A stretch of 64,000 bases of DNA from the NCBI GenBank assembly GCA_016288005.1, contig JAEEXY010000007.1, positions 7,444 to 71,443 on the forward strand, in the 5' to 3' direction. The stretch comes from Lachnospiraceae bacterium. GTDB taxonomy: Bacteria; Bacillota; Clostridia; Lachnospirales; Lachnospiraceae. This document shows, piece after piece, positions 47,600 through 56,852 of this stretch; position 1 is the first letter of the stretch, and each line of letters opens with the position of its first letter. The notes beneath the pieces were generated by a model. The model had not been told where the DNA came from and did not search any database. It saw nothing but the letters and a program-made list of their open reading frames with translations. The translations under genes were made by a program, and so were the position numbers.

Positions 47600-48574
47600 A
47601 TGAAGATCGGCAATATCGAGGTCGGCAGGCTCGCACTGGGTCCCATGGCCGGCATCACGGATATGCCCTTCAGGCTGCTGTGCAAGGAGCAGGGGGCCGA
47701 CCTGATCTATTCGGAGATGGTCAGCGCCAAGGGCATCCATTACAATAACAAAAACACAGGCGATCTGCTGCGGTGTGACGAGGCCGAACGGCCTGTGGCG
47801 CTGCAGCTTTTTGGCAGTGAGCCCGAAATAATGGCCGAGACCGCGGCAAGGATAGAAGAGCGCAACTTTGATTTCTTTGATATAAATATGGGCTGTCCGG
47901 TCCCCAAGGTGGTAAACAACGGCGAGGGCAGCGCGCTCATGAAGGATCCGGCTCTGGCGGGGCGGATCGTCGAGGCGATTGTCGGAGTCGTAAAAAAGCC
48001 CGTAACCGTGAAATTCCGCAAGGGCTTTGACGCGGATCATGTGAATGCCGTTGAGTTCGCTAAGGTGCTCGAGAGTGCGGGAGCCGCGGCGATCGCGGTG
48101 CACGGAAGGACCAGAGAGCAGTATTACAGCGGCAGGGCCGATTGGGATATCATAAAGCAGGTCAAGGCTGCGGTCAGCATCCCGGTTATCGGGAACGGCG
48201 ATATATTTTCGCCGAAAGACGCTGAGGCCATGTTTGACGAGACAGGGTGCGATGCGGTGATGGTCGCGCGCGGCGCACAGGGCAATCCCTGGATTTTCGC
48301 GAGGATAAAGCATTATCTCGATACCGGCGAGGAGCTGCCGAAGCCCGCGTTTGACGAGGTGCTCGCCATGATACACCGGCACGCGGACATGCTGAGGGAG
48401 TACAAAGGCGAGGACACCGCGGTCAGGGAGATGCGAAAGCATGTGGCGTGGTACACCGAAGGATTTCCGTATTCCGCGAAGCTGCGGGGCCGAATAAACC
48501 TTTGCCCGACGCTTGCGGATGTATACGCGGAGCTCGAGCGGTACAGGGAAAAAACGAGTTTTGAAAAAGTTTGA
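47600..48574 (+). CDS. dusB: tRNA-dihydrouridine synthase
   Basis: LGPMAGITDMPFR...DINMGCPVPKV...VKFRKG...HGRT motifs. Confidence 0.93.
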   Translation: MKIGNIEVGRLALGPMAGITDMPFRLLCKEQGADLIYSEMVSAKGIHYNNKNTGDLLRCDEAERPVALQLFGSEPEIMAETAARIEERNFDFFDINMGCPVPKVVNNGEGSALMKDPALAGRIVEAIVGVVKKPVTVKFRKGFDADHVNAVEFAKVLESAGAAAIAVHGRTREQYYSGRADWDIIKQVKAAVSIPVIGNGDIFSPKDAEAMFDETGCDAVMVARGAQGNPWIFARIKHYLDTGEELPKPAFDEVLAMIHRHADMLREYKGEDTAVREMRKHVAWYTEGFPYSAKLRGRINLCPTLADVYAELERYREKTSFEKV

Positions 48575-48582
48575 AAAAGTGC

Positions 48583-48611
48583 TTGCAAAAGAACTTTTGT
48601 TGTAGTATTAT
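48583..48611 (+). promoter_or_regulatory. asd promoter
   Basis: TTGCAA (48583-48588), 17 nt, TATTAT (48606-48611). Confidence 0.5.
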
Positions 48612-48676
48612 TTGAAACAAGTTATGCAGGACGGACAAATGTCCGCGACAGAAAAACAGAACAAAGGAGAGAGGTT

Positions 48677-49753
48677 ATGGCTAAATTAAAGGCAGCAGTT
48701 TTGGGAGCTACGGGAATGGTAGGACAGCGTTTTATCCAGCTCCTTGAGAATCACCCCTGGTTTGAGGTCGCAGTGGTTGCGGCGAGCCCCAGGAGCGCAG
48801 GCAAGACCTACGCAGAGGCGGTGGGAGACCGCTGGAAGATGGACACTCCCATGCCCGAGGCAGTTAAGAATATGATCGTTATGAATGTCAACGAGGTAGA
48901 GGCGGTTGCGGCTAAGGTTGATTTCTGCTTCAGCGCGGTGGACATGACCAAAGACGAGATCCGCGCCATCGAGGAGGCTTATGCGAAGGCTGAGATCCCC
49001 GTTGTTTCGAACAACAGCGCTCATCGCTGGACTCCCGATGTTCCGATGATCGTGCCTGAGCTCAATCCCGAACATACCGACGTTATCGAGTTCCAGAAGA
49101 AGCGTCTCGGCACAAAGAAGGGCTTTGTAGCCGTTAAGCCCAACTGCTCGATCCAGAGTTATACACCCGCTCTGCACGCGCTCATGGAGTTTGAGCCCAC
49201 GGTTGTTGTCGCAACGACATATCAGGCTATTTCCGGCGCAGGCAAGAACTTCAAGGACTGGCCCGAGATGATCGACAATGTTATCCCTTATATCGGCGGC
49301 GAAGAAGAAAAGTCCGAGCAGGAGCCTTTAAGGATATGGGGTCACATCGAGAACGGTCAGATCGTTAAGGCCGAAGGCCCGGTTATCACGACCCAGTGCA
49401 TCCGTGTTCCCGTAACGAACGGACATATGGCTGCCGTTTTCGTCAGCTTTAAGAAAAAGCCCACCAAGGAGCAGATACTTGAGAAATGGGCTAACTTCAA
49501 GGGTGTTCCCCAGGAGCTTGAGCTTCCCTCGGCACCGAAGCAGTTCATCCATTACTTTGAGGAGGACAACCGTCCCCAGACAGGCCTCGACCGCGACACC
49601 GAGCACGGCATGGCGGTATGCATGGGCCGCTTAAGAGAGGATACCGTTTACGATTACAAGTTCGTAGGTCTCTCGCACAATACCCTCCGCGGCGCAGCCG
49701 GCGGCGCGGTGCTCATGGCAGAGCTCTTAAAGGCCAAGGGTTATATTTATTAA
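48677..49753 (+). CDS. asd: Aspartate-semialdehyde dehydrogenase
   Basis: GATGMVGQRF..., active-site NCSIQ, ..SHNTLRGAAGGAV. Confidence 0.95.
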   Translation: MAKLKAAVLGATGMVGQRFIQLLENHPWFEVAVVAASPRSAGKTYAEAVGDRWKMDTPMPEAVKNMIVMNVNEVEAVAAKVDFCFSAVDMTKDEIRAIEEAYAKAEIPVVSNNSAHRWTPDVPMIVPELNPEHTDVIEFQKKRLGTKKGFVAVKPNCSIQSYTPALHALMEFEPTVVVATTYQAISGAGKNFKDWPEMIDNVIPYIGGEEEKSEQEPLRIWGHIENGQIVKAEGPVITTQCIRVPVTNGHMAAVFVSFKKKPTKEQILEKWANFKGVPQELELPSAPKQFIHYFEEDNRPQTGLDRDTEHGMAVCMGRLREDTVYDYKFVGLSHNTLRGAAGGAVLMAELLKAKGYIY

Positions 49754-49853
49754 AACAACTTCAGAAAGATCGCCTGTTAGCCGATATATTAGTCAGACGG
49801 GTGGTTCGCTGCGCAGGACGCGGCGGGCTGTCTGCATTGAGGCAAGGCCACGG

Positions 49854-49890
49854 AAGGCAGTGAATGGAACGGATTCATTCACTGCCTTTT
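49854..49890 (+). terminator. Intrinsic terminator after asd
   Basis: GGCAGTGAATG / CATTCACTGCC stem (49856-49866 / 49876-49886) followed by TTTT. Confidence 0.8.
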
Positions 49891-49990
49891 AACTTAATCG
49901 GAGATATTTCTCCGACTAAGTTAAACGCTCCGCGAGTGCACGCACGGAATGGAGCCGAACGCCTCGAAGACATGCGAAAGGAGATTTTTT

Positions 49991-51196
49991 TTGATCATTG
50001 ATTCCACCACAATAGGAATGGAATCCGCACGGACATTCAGGTCCGACAGCAGGGAAGCAAGATTTACCTGTATCACAGACAGTGCAGGAATAATGCCGGA
50101 TTTTACCGGCATGGTGCAGAGAACGGACGGAAAACTATCGAAGGCAGCAGGTGCAGCCCCGCCGGGCACAGAGACGGCCGAAGCGGGGCAGACAGGGAGC
50201 CCGCAGCCACAGAGCCCTCCCGGAACGGTCGATGAGCCGCGCAGCGCCTCCGAGATGCTGCGGGATATCTTTGACACCATGCAGGTAAAGAACACGCCTC
50301 AGATGCGCAGGCTCATGGAGGAAAACATGCTCTCCAAAATACAGGAGGAGACGATAAAATACCTCATGCGCATCATAGGAGGACGGATATCGGGGTGCGG
50401 TCCGGGAGACGGAGGCAGGAGCGCCGCAGACTATCCTGCGGCCACGGGTTTGCCGGGCGTCTCGGGCATCGATCTGATGCCGACGGGCAGGTATCTCACC
50501 AAAGGATGCTATACTGTCTCATATGAAGCAGAAACAACCACATTTGCCACTACGGGCACCGTAAACACCGCCGACGGACGGAGCCTGAGCATTAACGTGG
50601 AGGCGGTCATGAGCCGTGAATACGTGGCTTACAGCGGCTTTACGGTCAGAGAGAGCACGGCGCTAGTCGATCCGCTCGTGATCAACCTTGACGGCAGTCC
50701 GGCGACGGTATCGGATCAAAAGTATTTCTTTGATATCGACGCCGACGGGACGGAGGATTATGTATCATTGCCGTCGGCAGGCAGCGGAATGCTCGCGCTG
50801 GACCTGAACGGCGACGGCAGAGTGAACGACGGCAGCGAACTGTTCGGCCCGACGAGCGGAGACGCGTTTTCGGAGCTGGCGGAGTACGATCTCGACGGAA
50901 ACGGCTGGATCGATGAAGCGGATGCGGTATTCTCCGCTTTAAAGATTTGGAGGATAGATGAGAACGATGCCGAAAGCGGATCGCTCTCCGGCTCGGGCGG
51001 AAATGTGCCGGGACGGCTGATCTCGCTGAAAGACGCCGGCATCGGCGCGATATGCCTGAAGCATGCGGCCACCGAGTTTTCGCTGAAGGATGCCGTATCA
51101 AATGCAACGGACGCAGTGATACGGAGCACCGGCCTGTTCCTGTTCGAGGACGGAAGAGCGGGCACGGCGCAGCAGCTGGACCTCGCAACGGCATAA
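49991..51196 (+). CDS. Hypothetical protein with DxDGDG / DxDGNG calcium-binding-like loops
   Basis: AAAGGAGA RBS 6 nt before the TTG at 49991 (alternatives are ATG 49949 and 50018). The C-terminal half has DPLVINLDG..FDIDADGTEDYV..LDLNGDGRVNDGSELFG..YDLDGNGWIDEAD. The start is uncertain. Confidence 0.55.
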   Translation: MIIDSTTIGMESARTFRSDSREARFTCITDSAGIMPDFTGMVQRTDGKLSKAAGAAPPGTETAEAGQTGSPQPQSPPGTVDEPRSASEMLRDIFDTMQVKNTPQMRRLMEENMLSKIQEETIKYLMRIIGGRISGCGPGDGGRSAADYPAATGLPGVSGIDLMPTGRYLTKGCYTVSYEAETTTFATTGTVNTADGRSLSINVEAVMSREYVAYSGFTVRESTALVDPLVINLDGSPATVSDQKYFFDIDADGTEDYVSLPSAGSGMLALDLNGDGRVNDGSELFGPTSGDAFSELAEYDLDGNGWIDEADAVFSALKIWRIDENDAESGSLSGSGGNVPGRLISLKDAGIGAICLKHAATEFSLKDAVSNATDAVIRSTGLFLFEDGRAGTAQQLDLATA

Positions 51197-51215
51197 AATA
51201 AAGGGTGCCAAATAA

Positions 51216-51251
51216 AGGGTGCCTGTCACCATATATGGTGACAGGCACCCT
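51216..51251. terminator. Bidirectional terminator hairpin between convergent genes
   Basis: AGGGTGCCTGTCACCAT...ATGGTGACAGGCACCCT is a ~16-bp perfect stem, with AAATAA upstream and GGTTTT downstream. Confidence 0.7.
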
Positions 51252-51267
51252 GGTTTTCACCCTGATC

Positions 51268-53691
51268 TTACTTCTTGATCACGAAGTCAACTGTTGTCTC
51301 GCCCTTAAAGAATACCGATCCGTCGGAAACGGTAAGATGTAAGGTGTACTTACCGGGTGCGGTGGGCATCTTGGTCGAGCTGTATGCCTGACCGTCGGAG
51401 GTGGTACCGGTTACGGTGTAAACGATACTGTCGTACTCCTTAAAGAGCTTCTCCTCGGTATCCGTATTTCCCTTATAAGAGGTGATGTCAAAAACATCGA
51501 GCTCGGCGGGCTTTCCGTCGTATACCTTGTCAAAAGCGTACGCGCCCTTGAAGGAGATGTCTCTCTTTGCGATGTCGGGCTTGCAGGAGCCGTCCTTCTT
51601 AACCGTGAAGGTATCATAGAGCTTCGAGCCTACGCCGTCATATAAGTATGTATCGAAGTTGAGGGTATCGCCCTTTACGCGGATGAATGCGTAGAACTGC
51701 TTCTTTACGCGCTGTCCGCAGAGCTCGTCGTTGATAACGCTCACCGCGCAGCCTTCCTCGATGTACTCATCGGGTACGGCGTAACGTGATTCTGCGTTTT
51801 CCTTTGAGATATCGAGTGACTTTTCGCCCGCGAAGTTAATGGTCACATAATGTGTTCCTTCAGGCTCGATATTGAACTTTCTGCCCTCAGTCTCGATCTC
51901 CTCGGTGAAAGGATCGTCATAGGTTACGGTGCCGTAGCCCGAGCCGGTCTCTCTCTCGTTCGAAACATAGCCGGTGAAGTAATCGCCGTTAATATCCTTA
52001 CCGTAGTAGTAAGGGTTGGTTCTGGTGTAAGCATGGTCATGTCCCTGAAGCACAAGGTCAACCTCATACTTCGCGAACAGGGGAACCAGGTTCTTTCTGA
52101 GCTGTCTGGAGCCGCCGTCCATTGTATGGTAGCCGACGCTCATCATGCCCGCGTGGGTCAGGATAACGATCCACTTAACCTTGCCCTGCTCTCTGAGTTT
52201 GGTCGCGTTCTCGAGCTCGGAGATGATCCATGCGTACTGCTCGCGGTAATCGCTCTGGTTATCGTACTCACCGTTGCCGCCGTTAAGATTGCCGGACTCG
52301 TTGGAGTTGGTGGAGATAACGTAAACGTTGCCTACCTGAACGCTGCTGCAGCCGCCGCTGTTGTGAGGGTTGTGCTTGCCGTCGGTGCAGTAGTTCGCGA
52401 AATCGATGTCATACATCGAATAGAAGCAGTCGGGGGTATTGTCGTGGTTTCCGGCTACGGGGATGATGACTGTATTCATCATATCGTCCGCGTCGAAATC
52501 GACCGCCATATTGTACTCGTCGATGTAGTAATTCTCGTCATGTGCCTCGTTGGTGATATCACCGCAGTTGAAATAGCCCATGAGATCGGAATCAACTTCC
52601 CTCGCGTTCGCGAACGCCTCGCGCATAACGGCCTCGTAACGGCGGTACTGTTCCTCATTCTCGGCCTGAGGGTCTGTTACGTAAATGAAGAAGAAGTCGT
52701 CCGACTCGGCGTTGATCGTCCACAGACCGGGTCTGGAATAACCGACCTTCTTGCTGCCGACACGGTAGTAGTACTGGCTGTCCTCGGGCAGGTTCTCCAC
52801 ATGAGCCTTATGGCAGTAATAGGTTGCCGCTCCGTCGGAATTGACAATCTTGGTGTTGAAATAATCCTTAACGATCTGAACCTCGCCGTTCTTGATGCCT
52901 TTGGTCCAGTTGTACTTGTGGATATCCTTGACGTATTTTTTGTCAACGTACTGAAGGACGGTGTCCTTGCCCTCTGTGTTGACGGTTCTCCATGCAACGC
53001 CGCGTGAGTTCGCGTCATTGTAGAAAGTGGTGGTAACGCCTTCAATCTTTTTCGAGATCTTGTATGAGAATTTCTCGGGCTTGGGAGCGGACACATCTGT
53101 CATTACGAATACTTCGCTGAACGCGATGCCGGTCCCGGGATCGGAGCCGTCGCCCTTGATACGGAGCGCAACGAGGTTCTGGTCAAAGAAATCCTCGGTG
53201 ATCTCCATGAACGAATAACCGCTCTTATAGTTGAAATAGCCGATCATCATGCTGTCCCAGCCTTCGGGATCGTCGATCAGGCCCTCGACCTTAACGTCCG
53301 CTAAAGGGAATCCTTCGAGGGGCGCAAGCTTGAATACCAGATAGTCGCCTTTTTTAACGGTCACGCCCTTGCCGCCCTCGATGTAGCAGCGGCAGCGGAT
53401 ATTTCCGCCATTGTCGTCCGTGATGAATACAACGTCTCCGTCCTCGTTGATCGAATCGAAGACCAGACTGCCGGACTCATCATAGAAATTGTCATTGTCC
53501 TTTGTTACAACGCCGGTGATCGTGCCGGTGTAGCCGGCGCAGGTTACCTTTGATCCTACAGTAAAATCATTATTCTCTGCTGCGGAAACAACTACGGCAG
53601 GCATATGAGCGGTCTGCAGGCTGCCTGCTATGATCGATGCCGCAAGGAGAACTCCGGCAAAAATCTTTCCGATAGAAAATCTCTTTTTCAT
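51268..53691 (-). CDS. Secreted purple-acid-phosphatase-like metallophosphoesterase with extra N- and C-terminal domains
   Basis: Signal peptide. Motifs GDITNE, AGNHD, THAG and GHDHAY. A PAP N-terminal-like beta domain precedes the catalytic core. Confidence 0.8.
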   Translation of the reverse strand: MKKRFSIGKIFAGVLLAASIIAGSLQTAHMPAVVVSAAENNDFTVGSKVTCAGYTGTITGVVTKDNDNFYDESGSLVFDSINEDGDVVFITDDNGGNIRCRCYIEGGKGVTVKKGDYLVFKLAPLEGFPLADVKVEGLIDDPEGWDSMMIGYFNYKSGYSFMEITEDFFDQNLVALRIKGDGSDPGTGIAFSEVFVMTDVSAPKPEKFSYKISKKIEGVTTTFYNDANSRGVAWRTVNTEGKDTVLQYVDKKYVKDIHKYNWTKGIKNGEVQIVKDYFNTKIVNSDGAATYYCHKAHVENLPEDSQYYYRVGSKKVGYSRPGLWTINAESDDFFFIYVTDPQAENEEQYRRYEAVMREAFANAREVDSDLMGYFNCGDITNEAHDENYYIDEYNMAVDFDADDMMNTVIIPVAGNHDNTPDCFYSMYDIDFANYCTDGKHNPHNSGGCSSVQVGNVYVISTNSNESGNLNGGNGEYDNQSDYREQYAWIISELENATKLREQGKVKWIVILTHAGMMSVGYHTMDGGSRQLRKNLVPLFAKYEVDLVLQGHDHAYTRTNPYYYGKDINGDYFTGYVSNERETGSGYGTVTYDDPFTEEIETEGRKFNIEPEGTHYVTINFAGEKSLDISKENAESRYAVPDEYIEEGCAVSVINDELCGQRVKKQFYAFIRVKGDTLNFDTYLYDGVGSKLYDTFTVKKDGSCKPDIAKRDISFKGAYAFDKVYDGKPAELDVFDITSYKGNTDTEEKLFKEYDSIVYTVTGTTSDGQAYSSTKMPTAPGKYTLHLTVSDGSVFFKGETTVDFVIKK

Positions 53692-53705
53692 CTGCCTTCT
53701 CCCCC

Positions 53706-56585
53706 TTATTTGGTGATCCTGATCTGATAGAGCCTGTAAAGCTTATCCGCGATCTCGTCTGTCATGGCAAGGTTCAGGCGTTCTGTATTGCCCTTTGTGC
53801 CTGTAACATAGACAACTACTGCGTAATTGCCTTTTGTCTTCTTGCTGATGGTTACCGGAACGGTGATCTCGGTCTCTTTACCGGGCATGAGTTTGGTTGC
53901 CTCAAATGCCGCAACGCCCTTGCCGAGCTTCTTTGCGGTGTTGTATGCGGGAACTACCGCAACAACAACGCGGTAGTCGCTGTATGCGGGAGCGATGCCC
54001 TCATTGGCGATCGTAAGTGTTACATCAACGGTATCGCCGGCCTTTGCGGTCTCAACCTTCGAAGCCTTGGCAACGCGGAAGCGGTAGCCCATCTGTGTCG
54101 CGAGATAATCGATGTTGCCTCTGTATATGGAAGCGTCCGCACTGCCGGTCTCGATGTCGCACGGCGAGCAGGGAGCCATCCAGGAAGTATGGGACTCTCT
54201 GAGGTATCCGAGGGTATTCATGATCGTGTCATTGTGTACCCATGCGAGTACATTGCCGTAAGCGAACTCGCCGCCCGAGTAGCTTGTTTTCCAGAAATCG
54301 CCCGCGTTCATGGCGTCGATGAGGAAGGACTCGGTAAGAGTGGGATCGCCGAAGCCGTCATTGTACAGACCGAACTTGTTCTTCAGAGAGAAGTCGAAGT
54401 TGTATCTGGTGCCGACCTTGGTCTTCTTGAAATTCTTAACGTATGCGTCGGCGTATTTTTCAAGTGCCTCGTCGCCGGGGAACTCGCCCGAGCCGAAATC
54501 GAAGCCTTCGTCCGAATCTGCCTGAGGCCAGGTGTGCATCTCGCCCCAGTGGCCGAGCGAACCCATCTCGATGTAAGCCGCGGAACCGTCAAACTTCTTC
54601 GCGATAGCCTTGATGCAGTCTGCGTGATATGCGATCACCGCGTCAGCCTCGTAATTGGGTGAGAATCCGCCGCCGCCCAGTGTGTCGGGATCGGGCCAGT
54701 TGTAGAATGTACCCGCGTTGTCGAGATTGCCGTCGAGAACGCTGGTGCAGAGCTCCGCAAGAACCCATGCGGGGATATCCATGCGGTAGTTGCCGGTGGC
54801 GATGAGCTTTTCGACATCGGCTGCCTTTATCTTGCTCTTGCCGAGATTCTTTTTGATGAACTTGGCGTCAACAACCTCGCAGTAAGTCTCATCTTTGCGT
54901 GAACCGGTGAGCTCAGCGGGATTATCCATGATGAAACGTACGATGAAGTTAACATTGTTGTCTTCCCAGTATGAAACATGGTATTTGCTGTCGACATTGG
55001 TCCAGTCGAACTTACCCTTCGCGGTCTGGAGATCGGCCCATGTGATCTGGAGATAAGCGAGATCGTAGTCAAATGCCATCTTCGCGGCACCTTCCTCGCC
55101 GACCTCTGCCCACAGACCCCAGCCCATGCCGGGATTCGCGAAAGCGTCGTAGCTTGCCTTGGGATAAGCGAAATCATCCTTGTAGCTCATCTCGAAAGCA
55201 TCTTTGGTAACCGTATAACCCTTTGCGGGAACTGAGATGTCTCTCTTGTGCGCGAATGCGTGAACGCCGACCTTCTCAGGAGTGCCCATATCTTCAAGAT
55301 ATACGGAAACGGTAACGCGGTCCGCATAGTAATCTTCATCAACCGTGATGATCGAAGCGCCGAGCTCGTCCTCGCTGATAACGGGGAAGAGTCTCTGTTC
55401 TCTGACAACGTAGTCAGCCCCCTTTACGCCGAAGTAATCGAAACCTGCCTCAGCGTCGGTATCGAGCACGAATGAGGTCCTGGTGTCGAGATCGTTGTTG
55501 GCGGTCGAAAGCATCGCGTAGAATTTCTTCTGCGAGCAAGCCGCGTCGAGAACGTACTCTCCGGAAGCGTCGGATGCTTCGGTATTGTCTACGATGAACC
55601 ATTCGCCCTTGTCACCGGAGAAGATCTCTTCGGTGATCGAGCCTGCGGCTGCCTTGCCGACCTTGATAGTGAAGGACTTGATCTCGCTCCTTACGCCCGA
55701 TTTAACCTTGACGTTGATCTTATATTCGCCGGGCTCGAGAAGCTTTTTGTTTGTGATGATCTTGTTGCCTTTTATAAGGAACGCTCCGTTATCGGGACCG
55801 TTCTTGCTGCTGGTAACGAATGAATATTTATAATTGCTGCCGTCGCCGCCCTTTGCGGATAATGCGGCAATCACGCCGCCGTCCATCGCGCGTGCGGTGA
55901 GGGCCTTGGTCTTTTTCTGGGTCAGTGTGAAATCACTGATGTAAGGCTCGTCCGAAACGATGGTAACGTCTGCCTTGGGCTCTGCGTAATGCTCTGTGTC
56001 GCCCTCGTACTTGTAAACGGTCTCCCATGAATCGTTAAGCAGGCATACAAGAAATCCGCACCTGTCGCCGAACTTATAGCCCTGTTTGTCGGCTACGGGC
56101 TGCATGAGCTCATAGGGAACCTCGACGATGTAGGTCGATCCGTCCTGTGAAACAGCGTATCCTACGTAATCAACCTCGGTTCCGGGCCATCCGCCGCCCT
56201 CGGACAGATAGAGGAATCCGTTCTCGAGAAGGAACTCATATCCGCCGCCGTCGTTCTGGTAACCTGTGGTGCGGTCATCGTCCATATCCATATAGATCTG
56301 GAAATAGCACCACTTGGAAAGCTCGTTTACCGTGAACAGGAAATCGACGCTGTCCTCGTCGCAGTAAGCGGCGATCCTGTCGAATGCTCCCACGGGCTCA
56401 TCAACGATGTTGATGATGTCTTTCCAGCCGTCGATTTTGTCCTCTGCCGCAAATACTTCATCCTCGGCATGAACAGGACGAGTTTCGCTCAGTGCGCTGA
56501 AAACGGATAACGTCATAACCCCCGTTAAGACGAATGCAAGTATCCGTGCAACAGCGCCGCGAAACATGTTACGTTGCTTGTGCAT
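53706..56585 (-). CDS. Secreted large protein with DUF4874/DUF4832-like (glycoside-hydrolase-like TIM barrel) region
   Basis: ATG at 56585 after GAAGGGGG, then a signal peptide. FANPGMGWGLW and GSLGHWGEMH motifs. The C-terminal Ig-like domain is tentative. The family call is tentative. Confidence 0.6.
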   Translation of the reverse strand: MHKQRNMFRGAVARILAFVLTGVMTLSVFSALSETRPVHAEDEVFAAEDKIDGWKDIINIVDEPVGAFDRIAAYCDEDSVDFLFTVNELSKWCYFQIYMDMDDDRTTGYQNDGGGYEFLLENGFLYLSEGGGWPGTEVDYVGYAVSQDGSTYIVEVPYELMQPVADKQGYKFGDRCGFLVCLLNDSWETVYKYEGDTEHYAEPKADVTIVSDEPYISDFTLTQKKTKALTARAMDGGVIAALSAKGGDGSNYKYSFVTSSKNGPDNGAFLIKGNKIITNKKLLEPGEYKINVKVKSGVRSEIKSFTIKVGKAAAGSITEEIFSGDKGEWFIVDNTEASDASGEYVLDAACSQKKFYAMLSTANNDLDTRTSFVLDTDAEAGFDYFGVKGADYVVREQRLFPVISEDELGASIITVDEDYYADRVTVSVYLEDMGTPEKVGVHAFAHKRDISVPAKGYTVTKDAFEMSYKDDFAYPKASYDAFANPGMGWGLWAEVGEEGAAKMAFDYDLAYLQITWADLQTAKGKFDWTNVDSKYHVSYWEDNNVNFIVRFIMDNPAELTGSRKDETYCEVVDAKFIKKNLGKSKIKAADVEKLIATGNYRMDIPAWVLAELCTSVLDGNLDNAGTFYNWPDPDTLGGGGFSPNYEADAVIAYHADCIKAIAKKFDGSAAYIEMGSLGHWGEMHTWPQADSDEGFDFGSGEFPGDEALEKYADAYVKNFKKTKVGTRYNFDFSLKNKFGLYNDGFGDPTLTESFLIDAMNAGDFWKTSYSGGEFAYGNVLAWVHNDTIMNTLGYLRESHTSWMAPCSPCDIETGSADASIYRGNIDYLATQMGYRFRVAKASKVETAKAGDTVDVTLTIANEGIAPAYSDYRVVVAVVPAYNTAKKLGKGVAAFEATKLMPGKETEITVPVTISKKTKGNYAVVVYVTGTKGNTERLNLAMTDEIADKLYRLYQIRITK

Positions 56586-56777
56586 TGCAATACCCCCTTC
56601 AAATATTTTGTCTTGAGAAAAGTGAAAATGTTTTTGGACATTATTCCCAAAAGAAACAGGACACTTCTCCAAATTTATGCAATCTTGCACAAAGATTACG
56701 ACTAAACTATATCACGAAATTTCGTTGATGTAAACGTGAAATTTCGTAATGTTTCATAAACGAATTTATAATTTTGG

Positions 56778-56805
56778 TTGCATTGTTTATGAAATATGCT
56801 ATCAT
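56778..56805 (+). promoter_or_regulatory. Promoter of the beta-helix lipoprotein gene
   Basis: TTGCAT (56778-56783), 16 nt, TGcTATCAT extended -10 (56797-56805). Confidence 0.5.
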
Positions 56806-56852
56806 CATAGCAGCGGCGGCATGAGCCGTCCGGAAACACAGGGGGATATATA

